Made by a program: the position numbers and the translations under genes. From an uncultured Candidatus Peribacteria bacterium (GTDB lineage Bacteria; Patescibacteriota; Gracilibacteria; Absconditabacterales; Absconditicoccaceae), in the NCBI GenBank assembly GCA_964422855.1, contig CAYRCS010000001.1, forward strand, positions 4,957 through 68,956: a DNA stretch of 64,000 nt, read 5' to 3'. Below, piece after piece: positions 46,274-57,450 of this stretch. A model generated the notes under the pieces. That model had not been told where the DNA came from. It saw nothing but the letters and a program-made list of their open reading frames with translations, and searched no databases. How positions within the stretch are numbered: the stretch's first letter is position 1; each line of letters starts with the position of its first letter.

Positions 46274-46318
46274 CCATCTGACCGTGGTTCTGACGTGAAT
46301 TTCCGTCCAGAATAGAAA

Positions 46319-46350
46319 GGGTGCTGCTGTTTCAGTAGTGCCCTTTTTTT
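46319..46350 (+). terminator. rho-independent terminator after the permease
   Basis: GGGTGCTGCT / AGTAGTGCCC stem (with G-U pairs) followed by T7. Confidence 0.6.
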
Positions 46351-46414
46351 GTTCTTGTAAAATCTGCTTACAAGACTATAGATGATAATGTATTTTTAGT
46401 CTTTCACATACCAT

Positions 46415-47164
46415 ATGAAACAAAATGTCTTATTTATCCTCGCTATCCTCCTCTTATCAGGAAGCTTGGTCTATATTGGTCAACAATTGAGTAATTCTGG
46501 TTCCAACCCGATGGGTATGAGCAATACCGTTTCTGTAGCAGGCGAAGGCAAGACAAAAGTAGCTCCAGATACAATGCTTATCAGTTTATCAGCCACAGAA
46601 TTATCTAAGACTACTGAAGAAGCTCAGAAGGTAGTAAATACCAAACTTGCTCAACTCAGAACTATCTTGCAGACATTTGAGATACCTGACGACAAGATCG
46701 CCACACAACAACTCAGTGTCTATCCAGAATATGACCGATCCGATGGTAAAAATACCATCATCGGATACAGAGCAACACAAACGCTTGATGTGCGTGTGAC
46801 TGGAGACAAATATGAAGACAAAGGCGCACAAATTATCGATGAAGCAAGCAAAATTGGTGGGATCAGTGTCTATCAAACATCATTTATCGTCGATGATATG
46901 GATGCAGCATTGCTCGTAGCTCGTGAAGCAGCATTTGCTGATGCGAAGACCAAGGCACAACAATTGGCAGATCTTGCTGATGTGGATCTTGGTGATCCTG
47001 TAACTATCACTGATCAAAGTTATCAAAACTATCCTATGCCTCCTATTATGTACGCTAAAAATGAGATGGCTATGGATGCAGGAGGAAGTATATGATCCAC
47101 ACAAGTCAATCCTGGAGAGACGGAAATTACTGTCAACCTCCAAGTTATATTTGAACTCGAATAA
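46415..47164 (+). CDS. SIMPL (DUF541) domain protein, secreted
   Basis: Track ORF 46415..47095 extends through a TGA to TAA at 47162. Signal anchor MKQNVLFILAILLLSGSLVY. Contains GYRATQTLDVRV and the C-terminal ITVNLQVIFEL pattern of the SIMPL family. Confidence 0.8.
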
Positions 47165-47183
47165 TATCACAATAGTTTATACT

Positions 47184-47210
47184 AAAAAAGAGCCTTCGAG
47201 GCTCTTTTTT
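47184..47210. terminator. bidirectional terminator between the SIMPL and DUF192 genes
   Basis: AAGAGCC-TTCG-AGGCTCTT flanked by A6 and T6. Confidence 0.7.
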
Positions 47211-47213
47211 ATA

Positions 47214-47678
47214 TTACTCATGAAGCGTAAATATGTCTCATACATCTATAGCATATTTCTCCATCGTCCCAGCATTAGCTTCAAGCGCATACGACGCAAG
47301 TCATGTATAGGTATACAATGGACACTCTGGCGTACGACATGGTTCTGCTGACACATAATGCAAGACCTCAAATCATGAACCCAATCGTACAATATCCAAT
47401 GGGATCAAGGTATCCTTCATCCAGAAGCTTGCTTTTTTGGGTTCATCAAAGACAAAAAGCATTCACTCTTTTTTGCCAAGTGATGTGCGGTGCATGAGTC
47501 CATCCCTGAGTTGGATAGGAGTATCAGCAATATCTACTATAAAGCATACCGTATCTGTACAGAGCTGTGGCCTTGTGTCTAATCATATTATATCTGGCCT
47601 AAAGATAGCTACAAATATAGTAGCGATCAACAAACCCAATCATCCTGTTGCCGACGCAGCTCGTATACTATGTTTCAT
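47214..47678 (-). CDS. DUF192 (COG1430) family protein
   Basis: The code-25 translation contains DGLMHRTSL..GMLFVF...FWMKDTLIPLDIV...ALEANAG, the DUF192 signature. ATG at 47678, TAA at 47214. Confidence 0.75.
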
Positions 47679-47739
47679 TGTATTTGTGGATGATAAATAT
47701 AGCATATATCTAGTTTTTTTAGCGTAGCAAACAAGTGCG

Positions 47740-48186
47740 ATGTGGAGTATTGTAGCGATCAGCGACAGTGACAAGCACTTTGCTAGTGCGGTGGCTGAGT
47801 ATATGAAGAGATTGAGTAAGTCTGTGGAAATCCTTGATATCAAACCATACAAACACGATAACCCTGCTTTTGTCATAAGCAAAGAAACACAGCAGATCAA
47901 AGAAATACTCCAAAAAAAATTTGCACAGCATTACAAAATACTCCTCAGCAAATCGGGCAAAGACCTCAAGACCGAAGATCTGTGATTGGTTTGCAACAAA
48001 CATACCAATATAGTTTTCATTATATGATGACCGTATGGACTGGATGAGGAAGAACTCAAGTCTGTCGTAGATACATCGATATCGTTTGGGAAAATTACGA
48101 TGCCTCATGGATTGGCAAAGCTCGTCTTACTCGAACAGATATATAGAATAGAAACTATCCAGAGTGGGAAGAAATATCATTATTAA
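47740..48186 (+). CDS. rlmH: 23S rRNA (pseudouridine1915-N3)-methyltransferase RlmH
   Basis: Track ORF 47740..47985 extends through TGAs. Contains FIIGGPYGL...SFGKITMPHGLAKLVLLEQIYR, the SPOUT RlmH C-terminal motif. Confidence 0.85.
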
Positions 48187-48244
48187 ACCACTATAGACTT
48201 TTGTTGATAAATAGATATGATCTTTTTTCACCAAAATCAAAATT

Positions 48245-48772
48245 ATGAACAAAATCATCTCTACAACCAAAAGTAGTGTGTTTGTAGGAATTGGAATAAT
48301 GATAGGCTTATGTACTGCAGCTTCTATTGATGATATGGTAAGCTATGGTCTGATATTTATGCAGCTTCTTTCTCTCGGAGGGATTGGTGCGTATGCTGTG
48401 ACGGTTATATTTTTACCGCATCTTAACAACAAACCAGCATCTGAAGACAAAAGATTACTATATGCTCAAGTATCATTGATAGCGTCCGTAAGTATCTCGG
48501 TATATGTCTTGTACATATATCATCTAGCCTACGTTGACCGTACTCTGATTATGAGTACGCTCTTGTCGCTATGGGAGTATTTACGAGCTGAAAATCTGTA
48601 TACTGCTGATAAGCAGTGGAAAACCAAACTCAACAATATCATTTCAATCCAATTCATCACACTACTTCTAGCCTCCTGCCTACCGATAGGTTTGCAATTG
48701 GCTCAACAATTATGGATAAAGGTGCTCACGTTTCTGTGAGCGCCTTTTATAATTTCTCAAAAAGTTCAGTAA
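48245..48772 (+). CDS. integral membrane protein of unknown function
   Basis: Track ORF 48245..48739 plus an 11-codon read-through tail. Four to five hydrophobic helices. Confidence 0.5.
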
Positions 48773-50000
48773 TAATGGTGTTGTATACATCCATACCCTC
48801 ATCTTGCAATACCAAGGTATCTTCTGCATAAAATACATAATCGTTGGCCATCCGCTCCTCTAGTTTCTCTGCCCAATCGCTGACAAACAAATCAGCATAA
48901 GATGAAACATGTTGCAATCCATGTGACGTTCTCAGTGCAAGAAATGCTTTTTCGATACGATAATCTTGTTCGTCCAGTGCTTGGATAGTCGATGCGTCAA
49001 TATATTCTCATCTACAAAAATCTGCGATAGCTTTGGTATTGGTCCAACGAACTGCTTGGGCTCATTGTTGCGGAGCAAAAGATACTAGATCTCCAGTCAG
49101 ACACGATGAAGCTGATGTACCAAAACCTATGTAATTTCCCATCTCTCGATAGGTATTGTTGTGGATGCTAAGTTTGCCTGGCATAGCAAAATTTGAGATC
49201 TCATACCTCCCATATCATGCATTGATAACCGATTGTTTGAGGGCCTGAAATTCTTCGTATACTGCATCATCATCACCATATCTACGAAGTCACAATCCAT
49301 CCTTGATATGTGTGGTTTGTTGGATTTGTTGGTTGTATCGATCACTGCCTGGAAAGAGCTCTAGTGTATACAAAGATATCCCATCGGCCATGCCGCTGAG
49401 AATTAATTTTTGGAAAAAATGTCGTCTATCTGCATCTCGTAATATACTCTGTCACTGCGCATCGGTATTTCGTTTGCCAAAGGCAATGAAGTCGAGATTG
49501 TATATATTGTTGATCTGTTTGATGTTGCGTAATTTTCTGAGAAAGTCGCAGATGGCTGGAAATGAATATAGTCTGCCAGATTCCTGCAAGACCTCTTCGT
49601 CAAATGTCTGGATACCGATACTTCGTCTGATCCTACCAAAGGTATGATAACGACGTGTTATGGTTTCAATGATGCTTAAAACTTCATCTTGCGGAAATGG
49701 GTTGCACTCGATCGTGAGCTCGACCAACAATTCTATGTCGAAATGTGCACTAATAGTATCAATAATCTTGGCCAAATTGTCTGCGCCAATACGCGTCGGG
49801 GTCCCGCCGCCAAAATATATGGTATTGACCTGCGGCTTATTCATCTTGGTCCCTCGTTCGGCAATTTGTTTGCAGAGAGCTTCTACATAGGGATCTATAA
49901 GCTTACTTATCGCATCTTTCCCATCAATCGGCAAAACATTGAACGAACAATAGCCGCATTTTTGGTCACAGAATGGGATGTGGATGTAGAGGGATAGCAT
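48747..50000 (-). CDS. hemW: radical SAM HemN/HemW-like protein (oxygen-independent coproporphyrinogen oxidase family)
   Basis: N-terminus LYIHIPFCDQKCGYCSF (CxxxCxxC) and YFGGGTP. Track ORF 49452..50000 extends through TGAs to TAA at 48747. Its 3' end overlaps the convergent gene by 26 nt. Confidence 0.85.
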
Positions 50001-50102
50001 AAAAAGATTATAGTTTTATGACACAAAAATGCACGAGATTATCTTGGATTGTGTGATTGACATTTATCGGTTATTTCATACACTACATATACTTATTTGG
50101 AT

Positions 50103-52244
50103 ATGTTGATAATGAGCATATTGGATGATATTCGGCTAAATAATAGCATATCGTTGGAACAGGATGATGTAGATGCTCCTGATACTTTGCGTATAGTCAT
50201 AAGAAACGGGAAAGATAAACTGCGCATGATTCTTACAATCGATCCTCATGTAATAGCCACGGAAAAAAATACAGAGACGCAAATAGTGTATGACATCCGC
50301 AAAGACCAAACCATAGAGCGTCTCAGTAGTATACAGAATGCTCTGTCAGACTATATGGATGAATATCCCAAGCAAAGATCCGAAATGCTCAAGGCTTTGG
50401 CAAAATTCCCTATGCTTACTAGCCATATCAAAACCAGCAAAATAGCTCTAGCCACAACTCTGTCTATGGAAGATATCCATACGCATATGTCTATACACCT
50501 GGAGAAGATGGATACCTATATCGCCGAGCTCAAACATATGCAAGCAACTCGATCCACACAACATATCAACTACAATACCATTTCTCATACATACAAGAAA
50601 CTAAAGAGTCAGTACAAAGCAGCCTCAGAACTTAATACTAAGCCTACTGATAAATCTGCTCCATATTGGGAACAATTAGGCGTCTTATATAGAGATAATT
50701 TAGGTAGTTTGGTACAATTGGATAAAGAAGAGAAAAAAATACAAGACAGTATCGACAAACTCTACCAAGAGATAGAACAGATACGCAGAGATCAATCGTT
50801 CATAGCAGAGTTTGATTCTCTATCGGCCGAAGCATGATCTGATAAAGCCGAGCGTAAATTGTTTATGAAAAAACAAGATATAGTCACATACAAATGAGAG
50901 TTTGCACAACGTATACAGTCAGCTGAAGATAGAATAGCTCTTCGCAAAAGTGATGAACTCCCATTCTTAAGAGGAATGCGCGTTGTGATAATCGAACAGC
51001 AGGAAGATTATATCAATCAGTTGGTAGTGCTGCACAAACCTGCAGAACACATACAAACCAACATACAGGACTATACCAAAAACTTAGAATCTCAAACTAT
51101 AGAACATAAAAAATCACAGCGCGAAACAAATAAGTATGCTCGCCAGATAGATGCATTTCGTTATACCAATAAAATACTAGATCTCATGCATTATGAGAAA
51201 GCATTTATCGATACAAAGATGACTGCACTCAACAGTAATGCTACAACAAAAATACTCTATATACTTGAAGAATTTGCGAAGATACCTTCTGAGTATACAT
51301 CCCTATTGAGTATAAAAGAAAGATCCATCTGCTATAATCGCTTGTTAGATAAGTCCAAAAATGCAAAAAATAGTCAAACTCCTGCTGCTATTAGTAACAA
51401 TGGTCGCAATAAATTATCTTTCTTGATCGATAAGGATTTTGTATCTATCAGCCAAAGAAAACCCCGTCTCTATGAAGCTAAAGAACAAATGCATCAATCT
51501 GATAAACAGATTGGATCGCTACAAAAAGATTTGTCTGGTATAGACAAATGATTTAAAGGAACCGACAAAAATTCTGATGCTCACAAACAGGCACGCAAAC
51601 CATATACTGATCAGATAGATATACATGAGAAGCTGATCAAACAAATGAAAAATGAAATGAAATTAATCTTGCAAAAAATCATTAGAGATTATGAAAATGC
51701 AGATCATCGCACCAAAGAATTGCGGAAAAATATCAACAAATATCAACAGCTTATACTCAGTTCTAGACTACAACTCAAGGGCATGCTGGCATCAGATAAG
51801 TCTACACAAAAACCAACTCATACGATAGATCTGCATAAACTTTCACAAGAGGTCTCTCAAAAGGAGGAGGCTCTACAGTTTGCTGAACAAGAGAAAACTA
51901 CAGCAACTGACAATCGATATAGCCATATCCTACACATTCATGATACCATACTCTTGGATGCCGAAAACTACATTCAAAAGATCATATCATCTATAGAAAA
52001 TTTTGAATCCAAACCTACTTCTGGAGTGGCCAAAGAATTGAGGATGACTTGATGAGACAAAGTATTCCTCCAAAGAAGTTATACTCTATTGGATGCTTTT
52101 ATCGAAAGATTTGAATCTCTATACAAACTCACAGAACTGACACTATCACCTCCTAGCGATCTCCAACAGGACGAAAATATCAAGTGACTCAAACTCGATA
52201 TAAAAAATACTTTAAAAAACATAACTCCCTATCGTAAGTCTTAA
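50103..52244 (+). CDS. large coiled-coil protein of unknown function (713 aa)
   Basis: Track ORFs 50097..50837, 50976..51551 and 51645..52052 share a frame, and I read the gaps through (TGA only). Rich in Lys, Glu and Gln with heptad-like sequence and no signal peptide. TAA stop at 52242 overlaps the uvrB stop. Confidence 0.65.
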
Positions 52245-53833
52245 GGTTGTTCATCTACTACAACCTCCTCTCCTCCTGCTCCAAAAACTGCTTCTAAGTC
52301 TTCTTTGGACTTAGCTTCATAACCGTCTAGATAAAAATCTAGATGTGGTTTTTTCTGTAATAACTTATCCAAACTTTCTGTGAGTATATTGTAGTCCCCT
52401 GCTTTGGGATAAACATATGTCAATGGATCGATCAAACCTGTCGGACGGATCACTTGCTGGGCGATAGTTTTGGATAATTCGAGTTCGTATACGGCTGGCG
52501 TTGCAGAGACAAACAAGGTCCTGGCTCCTTTTTTGGTCTTGCTTGATAATTGTTCGAGGTGATTTTTTTGACGTGCTTTGAGTTTGACTGGATCTTTGGC
52601 CAAAAGTTGGATATGTGCATCTGATTCAAGATTTGCTTCACTCATAGCAGCAGCATCTGCTACTATCTCATCGATAGGTCTGAGACCCATTGTTACTTCC
52701 AATTCTTCAAAACGTAATGGTCTATGATCAATTGCTGATGGTAATCTAAATCCGTATTTGATGAGATTGGATTTTCTGGATCTATCGGCTTGTGGCATAG
52801 CTCTGAGCTGCGGGATCGACATATGTGATTCATCCGCGATCAGCAGCATATCATCTGGGAAATAGTCGAAGATAGTATTTGGTGCTTCACCCGGCAAACG
52901 ACGATCAAAGTAGAGAGAATAGTTTTCGATACCATTGGTAAATCCTGTTTCACGGATCATGCGGATATCGTACATCACTCTTTTTTTGATCCTCTCTGCT
53001 TCCACAAACATCTTGGCTGCTTCGAATTCCTTGACTCTGAGTTCCATCTCAGCTTCCATCTGCTGCAAGATGAGTTCTATATCTTCTATGTCTTGCAAGT
53101 ATTGTGTTGCTGGCCAGAGCATTGCTGACTTACTAGTTTCTAAGTTTTCGAATGTAATGCCATCTTTTTTCTCGATGTATTCCAATGTCTCCTCGTTGAA
53201 ACGACATCTATACACGCACTGCTCTGTTGAGGAATAAATATCTAGCAATTCTCCTCTAAAATCAAACATACCAGCCTCGATCTTGGACTGTACTGGCTTG
53301 TACTGCATCTTGAGGAGCTGTCTCTTGAGAAGTGTAAACTCGTATGTCTTACCTACTTCGAGGACCAATGTGTAATCTTGGAAAAATTGCTTCTGTCCCA
53401 AACCATATAATGCTGATACCGATGCTACGACTATCACATCTTGCCTGGAGAGCAATGAGGCCATTGTTGCAAGTCTGTACATCTCGATTTCTTTGTTGAT
53501 CGTTGCTTCTTTTTCGATGTAGACGCCTTGTTCTGGAAGATAGGATTCTGGTTGGTAGTAATCGAAATATGATACGAAATAGTGGACTGCATTATTTGGG
53601 AAAAAGTGCTTGAACTCTGTAGCAAGCTGTGCGGCCAATGTCTTGTTATGAGAAAGCACCAAGGTAGGTTTCTGGAGTTTTTGGATCACATTTGCCATGG
53701 TAAATGTCTTACCTGTACCTGTCGCACCGAGCAATGTTACCGACTTCTGATCAGCGTCATATGCATCCAATATTGCCTTGATAGCTTCTGGCTGATCTCA
53801 AGCTGGTTGGTATGAGGATTGGAGTTGAAACAT
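52241..53833 (-). CDS. uvrB: UvrB-like excinuclease subunit, truncated inside helicase domain 2 (530 aa; possible pseudogene or split gene)
   Basis: N-terminus MFQLQSSYQPA-G-DQPEAI, then GATGTGKTF, DESH and FVSATP..RPTGLIDP. The ORF ends at a genuine TAA about 55 codons after RPTGL. Helicase motifs IV-VI and the UVR domain are absent. Confidence 0.85.
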
Positions 53834-53857
53834 CAGACAACAGATTGGTGATAAATG

Positions 53858-54058
53858 TTATTTACCAAAGCATGAACCTACGTACTTATCATTTTTATCG
53901 ATGAATATTTCTTCTTCCCTATTAGTTCAATTTATTATATTGCTGTTGATCTTTTTGGTGATAAGCGTCTTGCCTAGCTCACATACAATTGCTCATAGAT
54001 GACAACCCTTTTCCTCCTTCTTGATAGCAACACAATTAGTATCTACTTCTTCTCTCAT
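53858..54058 (-). CDS. small hypothetical protein (66 aa) upstream of uvrB
   Basis: ATG at 54058 to TAA at 53858 under code 25 (2 TGAs). Hydrophilic with 4 Cys. A competing plus-strand hydrophobic ORF starts at 53901. Weak call. Confidence 0.25.
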
Positions 54059-54156
54059 TTTTTTGCTCTTATACCTAAACATAAGCCGTATGATAATGTT
54101 TTTGGTCGATGATGCAATGGGATTGCTTCAAGCATGCACACAAAAGCATCTAAAAT

Positions 54157-54185
54157 TTGACAAAAACAATCTTTTGTGATATAAT
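54157..54185 (+). promoter_or_regulatory. consensus sigma-70 promoter (TTGACA-17 nt-TATAAT) for the LRR surface protein gene
   Basis: Hexamers at 54157..54162 and 54180..54185. The ATG at 54200 follows. Confidence 0.6.
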
Positions 54186-54199
54186 TGGGTATACTTTAT

Positions 54200-57100
54200 A
54201 TGTCTGATACCTGTATTATGTCGACTCTTAGCCACAAAATCTCTCAAGCTTTATGGAATGATTACTTCCAAGCCACTAAGTGGGCACATCATCATACGAT
54301 GATGGTCTTGGGATGACTTATCATAGCTGGTACCATGTTATCATGGCAAGCAACCAATTTCTTGGATGGAGCAACGCACGCAGACTGGACGCCTACCTGG
54401 TGTCAGGACAACAGCGGATCACTCCAAATCCCTGAAAGCGAATGTGATGTCTTGCTCGACCTCTACCTAGCTACCGATGGGGATAACTGGTACAATAGTA
54501 TTAACAATAACAATAAGTGGTTCCAATGAGATGGTTCCAATATATGTTGGAGTAACTGGTATGGCATATCAGGCTGTGAACGAAGCATGATAGATGGGAA
54601 ATATCATATACAGTCTATAAATTTGGATAACAATAATTTATCGTGAACATTAGCTGCAAGCATATATACACTCCCAAACTTATCTCAGCTATATATCAAG
54701 GATAATCCAAATCTAGATGTTGATATTGATGATCTAACCCAATCTATATATGCATCTAATTATACTGCCATCAACATCAGTAACAATATAATCTATGGAG
54801 ATATCACACAGTTCTCAAATCTGTCCAATCTAGAATATCTTGATGTTGGATGTTATTGGAACGCTCCTGCTGGTAATTGTAGAGCAACTGGAGACACATC
54901 ATTTGTGCCATCCTTGCCAAATCTCTATGCTATCAAAGTCGGATACAATACAGGATTTACTTTTGATCTATCCGACTTGTCTGGGAGAACCAATATCAGA
55001 GAAATTTTTGCATTGGAAACATATATAGTCGGTGATATGGATGTATTAGCATCCAACACAGGTATGACCACTCTCGATTTGGGTTGTTGGGAAATATACT
55101 GGGGTGGGAGATGTAATGTGTCAGGCCATATGAGCACCTTGACCAATATGATGGATCTTCAGTATCTATCGTTGGATGGATTGCTGAATATAGAAGGGAC
55201 ACTAGAACCTTTGTATAACAAAACACGCCTCAATGCTGTAGATCTTAGCCACAACTCTTTGACTGGTATCATAGGAACTGGGATAGGAAACCTAACTGGT
55301 TTGTGATGACTCGATCTTGATGACAATCTGCTCGAGTGAACACTTCCTGTAGAGATGTATAACTTAACACAACTTACTGATCTCTGGATCGAAGATAATC
55401 TTTTGAGTGGAGCATTGCTAGACTTTAGTCTCTTCCCTGTACTCGAATGACTACATATTGGTAAGAATAGTGATATAGATTATAGTAATGTATGGGATAT
55501 GGTCCTGAATTATAATTTAAGAACGCTCGATATAAATCAAGCAGATATTGGATGAGAGATCCCTGATATATGGGATGATTTTACCAATCTTACGGAACTT
55601 GACTTAGGATTTGCTAGGCTGAGTGGACCAATGCCAGCAAGCTGGGCATCGCTTACCAATCTTCAGGACCTCGGAATTCATTTTAACAACCTAGAAGGAC
55701 CGATTCCTAGTTTCTTAGATGATCTCCAATTGGATCAAGGTAAATTTCAAATAGAATCAAACTGTCTAGATACTGATGTGAGTGATAACAACTTATTCAA
55801 CTATCTCCAAGCACATGCACAATGATGGAACAACCAACTCAACTGTAGAGCTAATGTAGAAGTAGAAGGATCTTTGGATGAGAATGGATTGGTACCAGGG
55901 ACTTGTTCGACATATACTATAGCATATGAAAATCTCTGACCACAGAAGGCAATTGATCTAGAAATTGCACAAATTTTTGATGAAAATCTCATCATATCTG
56001 GTAGTGTCCCTCCATACTCTACTGGATTGGTAGGTAGAACATATGGAACTCTCGACGACCCATGTTATGTCAGTGGAACACAATATGGAACAGGCCCTTA
56101 TTATGCATGGCTTGACAATCTTATGGTGACAAATTATGAGATCCCATCACTATACTCTCTAGCTGTATATCAATGAGGATTTACTGGTGCACAAGGTACC
56201 ACTGAGCTTGATCTCGTTCTGGATACATTCTGTCCATTTATATTTGGGACTGACGATCATTCTTTGTGTTTCTTGTTGTTTGGATCAAGTTTTGCTGATG
56301 TAGATCCTAGCTGTGGAACTGGTGGAGAAGCTGGATATGTACGAGATCTATGAACAGTAGCAGATGGATGAACTGGATCTATAGAAGTAGAATTGTGTGT
56401 CCCTGAAGATCTTACTGGTAGCGTATCATTCTCTAGTAAGGTATCTACAGTAAGTACCAATGAAAACGAAGAAAGTCGCGATGATAACTTCCAATTTATG
56501 ATACAAAACCCTGGTGATGATGAAGTACTCTGATGTACTGATCCCGATGCCGACAACTATGATCCATTAGCTACTGATGATGATAACTCATGTGAATATC
56601 CTGAGGATAATGGTGGCAACAATGGAGGAAACAATACAAACAACCGCAATAGTGGGCCAAATATTGTAAAAGACAAATGCCTCCCAAATCCTCCTGGGGA
56701 TAAAAGCTCTAGCTACTATGATGGGGAATGTGATGATACCTCACACAATAGTGCCGATACTTCAACAGTAGAAGAAGAGTTTGATCCGAAATCTTACCTC
56801 CCAGATCTTACTGATGTCAGAGACTATGTTCGTGATCTACCAGCAGGTACATCTGTAGATGTCGAGCAAATCAAAGCATTCTTGTTTGCTAAGAGATCAA
56901 AATTAACCAATATGATGGACTATATGTCATTTAGACCAGATGAAGATCTTACAAGATGAACGTGGGCAAAATTCTTGGTAGCGTTTATAGAAAACGTACT
57001 CCAACAAGAAGCTGATGCTAGTAGACTCAAGCTCTGTAGCAATGCGTATAGCGATATAAGTGGTCTATGAGATATCAAAGACTACATCATCAAAGCATGT

Positions 57101-57385
57101 ATGCACAAGATCATGTGATTGGAAAATAATGGAACCGATCCTCTCTCTACATTTAATCCTCATGCTATTCTTACAAGAAAAGATCTCGTAACAACTGCTA
57201 ACAGATTTATCAATGGCAATAGAGATGATGGAGTGTTCCCATACCGAGCTAAACATATGCAAGTGATGAACGATATTGGGCTGATAAGAAATACCGATCC
57301 AGAAATCGTTGAGTCTAGAATGAATGCCATCACTATCCTCATGAGAGCACTAGAACAATACGATGAACTCTTTGCAGATAAATAA
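54200..57385 (+). CDS. large cell-surface protein: N-terminal anchor, leucine-rich repeats (plant-type-like), Asp/Asn/Gly-rich linker, SLH-like C-terminal repeats (1061 aa)
   Basis: I read frame 2 line by line from 54200 to TAA at 57383, finding TGAs only. It has an LRRNT-like cap (ECDVLLDLYLATDGDNWYN...W.GISC) and repeated LxxLxLxxNxLxGxIP units. The C-terminus (YSDISGLGDIKDYIIKA...FNPHAILTRKDLV) resembles S-layer homology repeats. Confidence 0.8.
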
Positions 57386-57400
57386 AGAATAATTGTAATC

Positions 57401-57430
57401 AAAAAAGCCCCGAATATTCGGGGCTTTTTT
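57401..57430. terminator. bidirectional rho-independent terminator (perfect palindrome AAAAAAGCCCCGAATATTCGGGGCTTTTTT)
   Basis: Read directly from the sequence. Lies between the convergent LRR gene and rplI. Confidence 0.8.
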
Positions 57431-57450
57431 GTGTAATGAAATATATATTG

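Noticed and set aside
46353-46375. An 8-bp inverted repeat TCTTGTAA/TTACAAGA upstream of the SIMPL gene as an operator site
   Set aside because: It is short and AT-rich, so it is expected fairly often by chance in this composition. No second copy was seen in the window.
53901-54320. A plus-strand hydrophobic ORF (about 140 codons under code 25) upstream of the LRR gene
   Set aside because: It runs straight through the consensus promoter at 54157..54185 and overlaps the LRR gene start in another frame. It has no homology. I kept only a low-confidence minus-strand small ORF in this gap.
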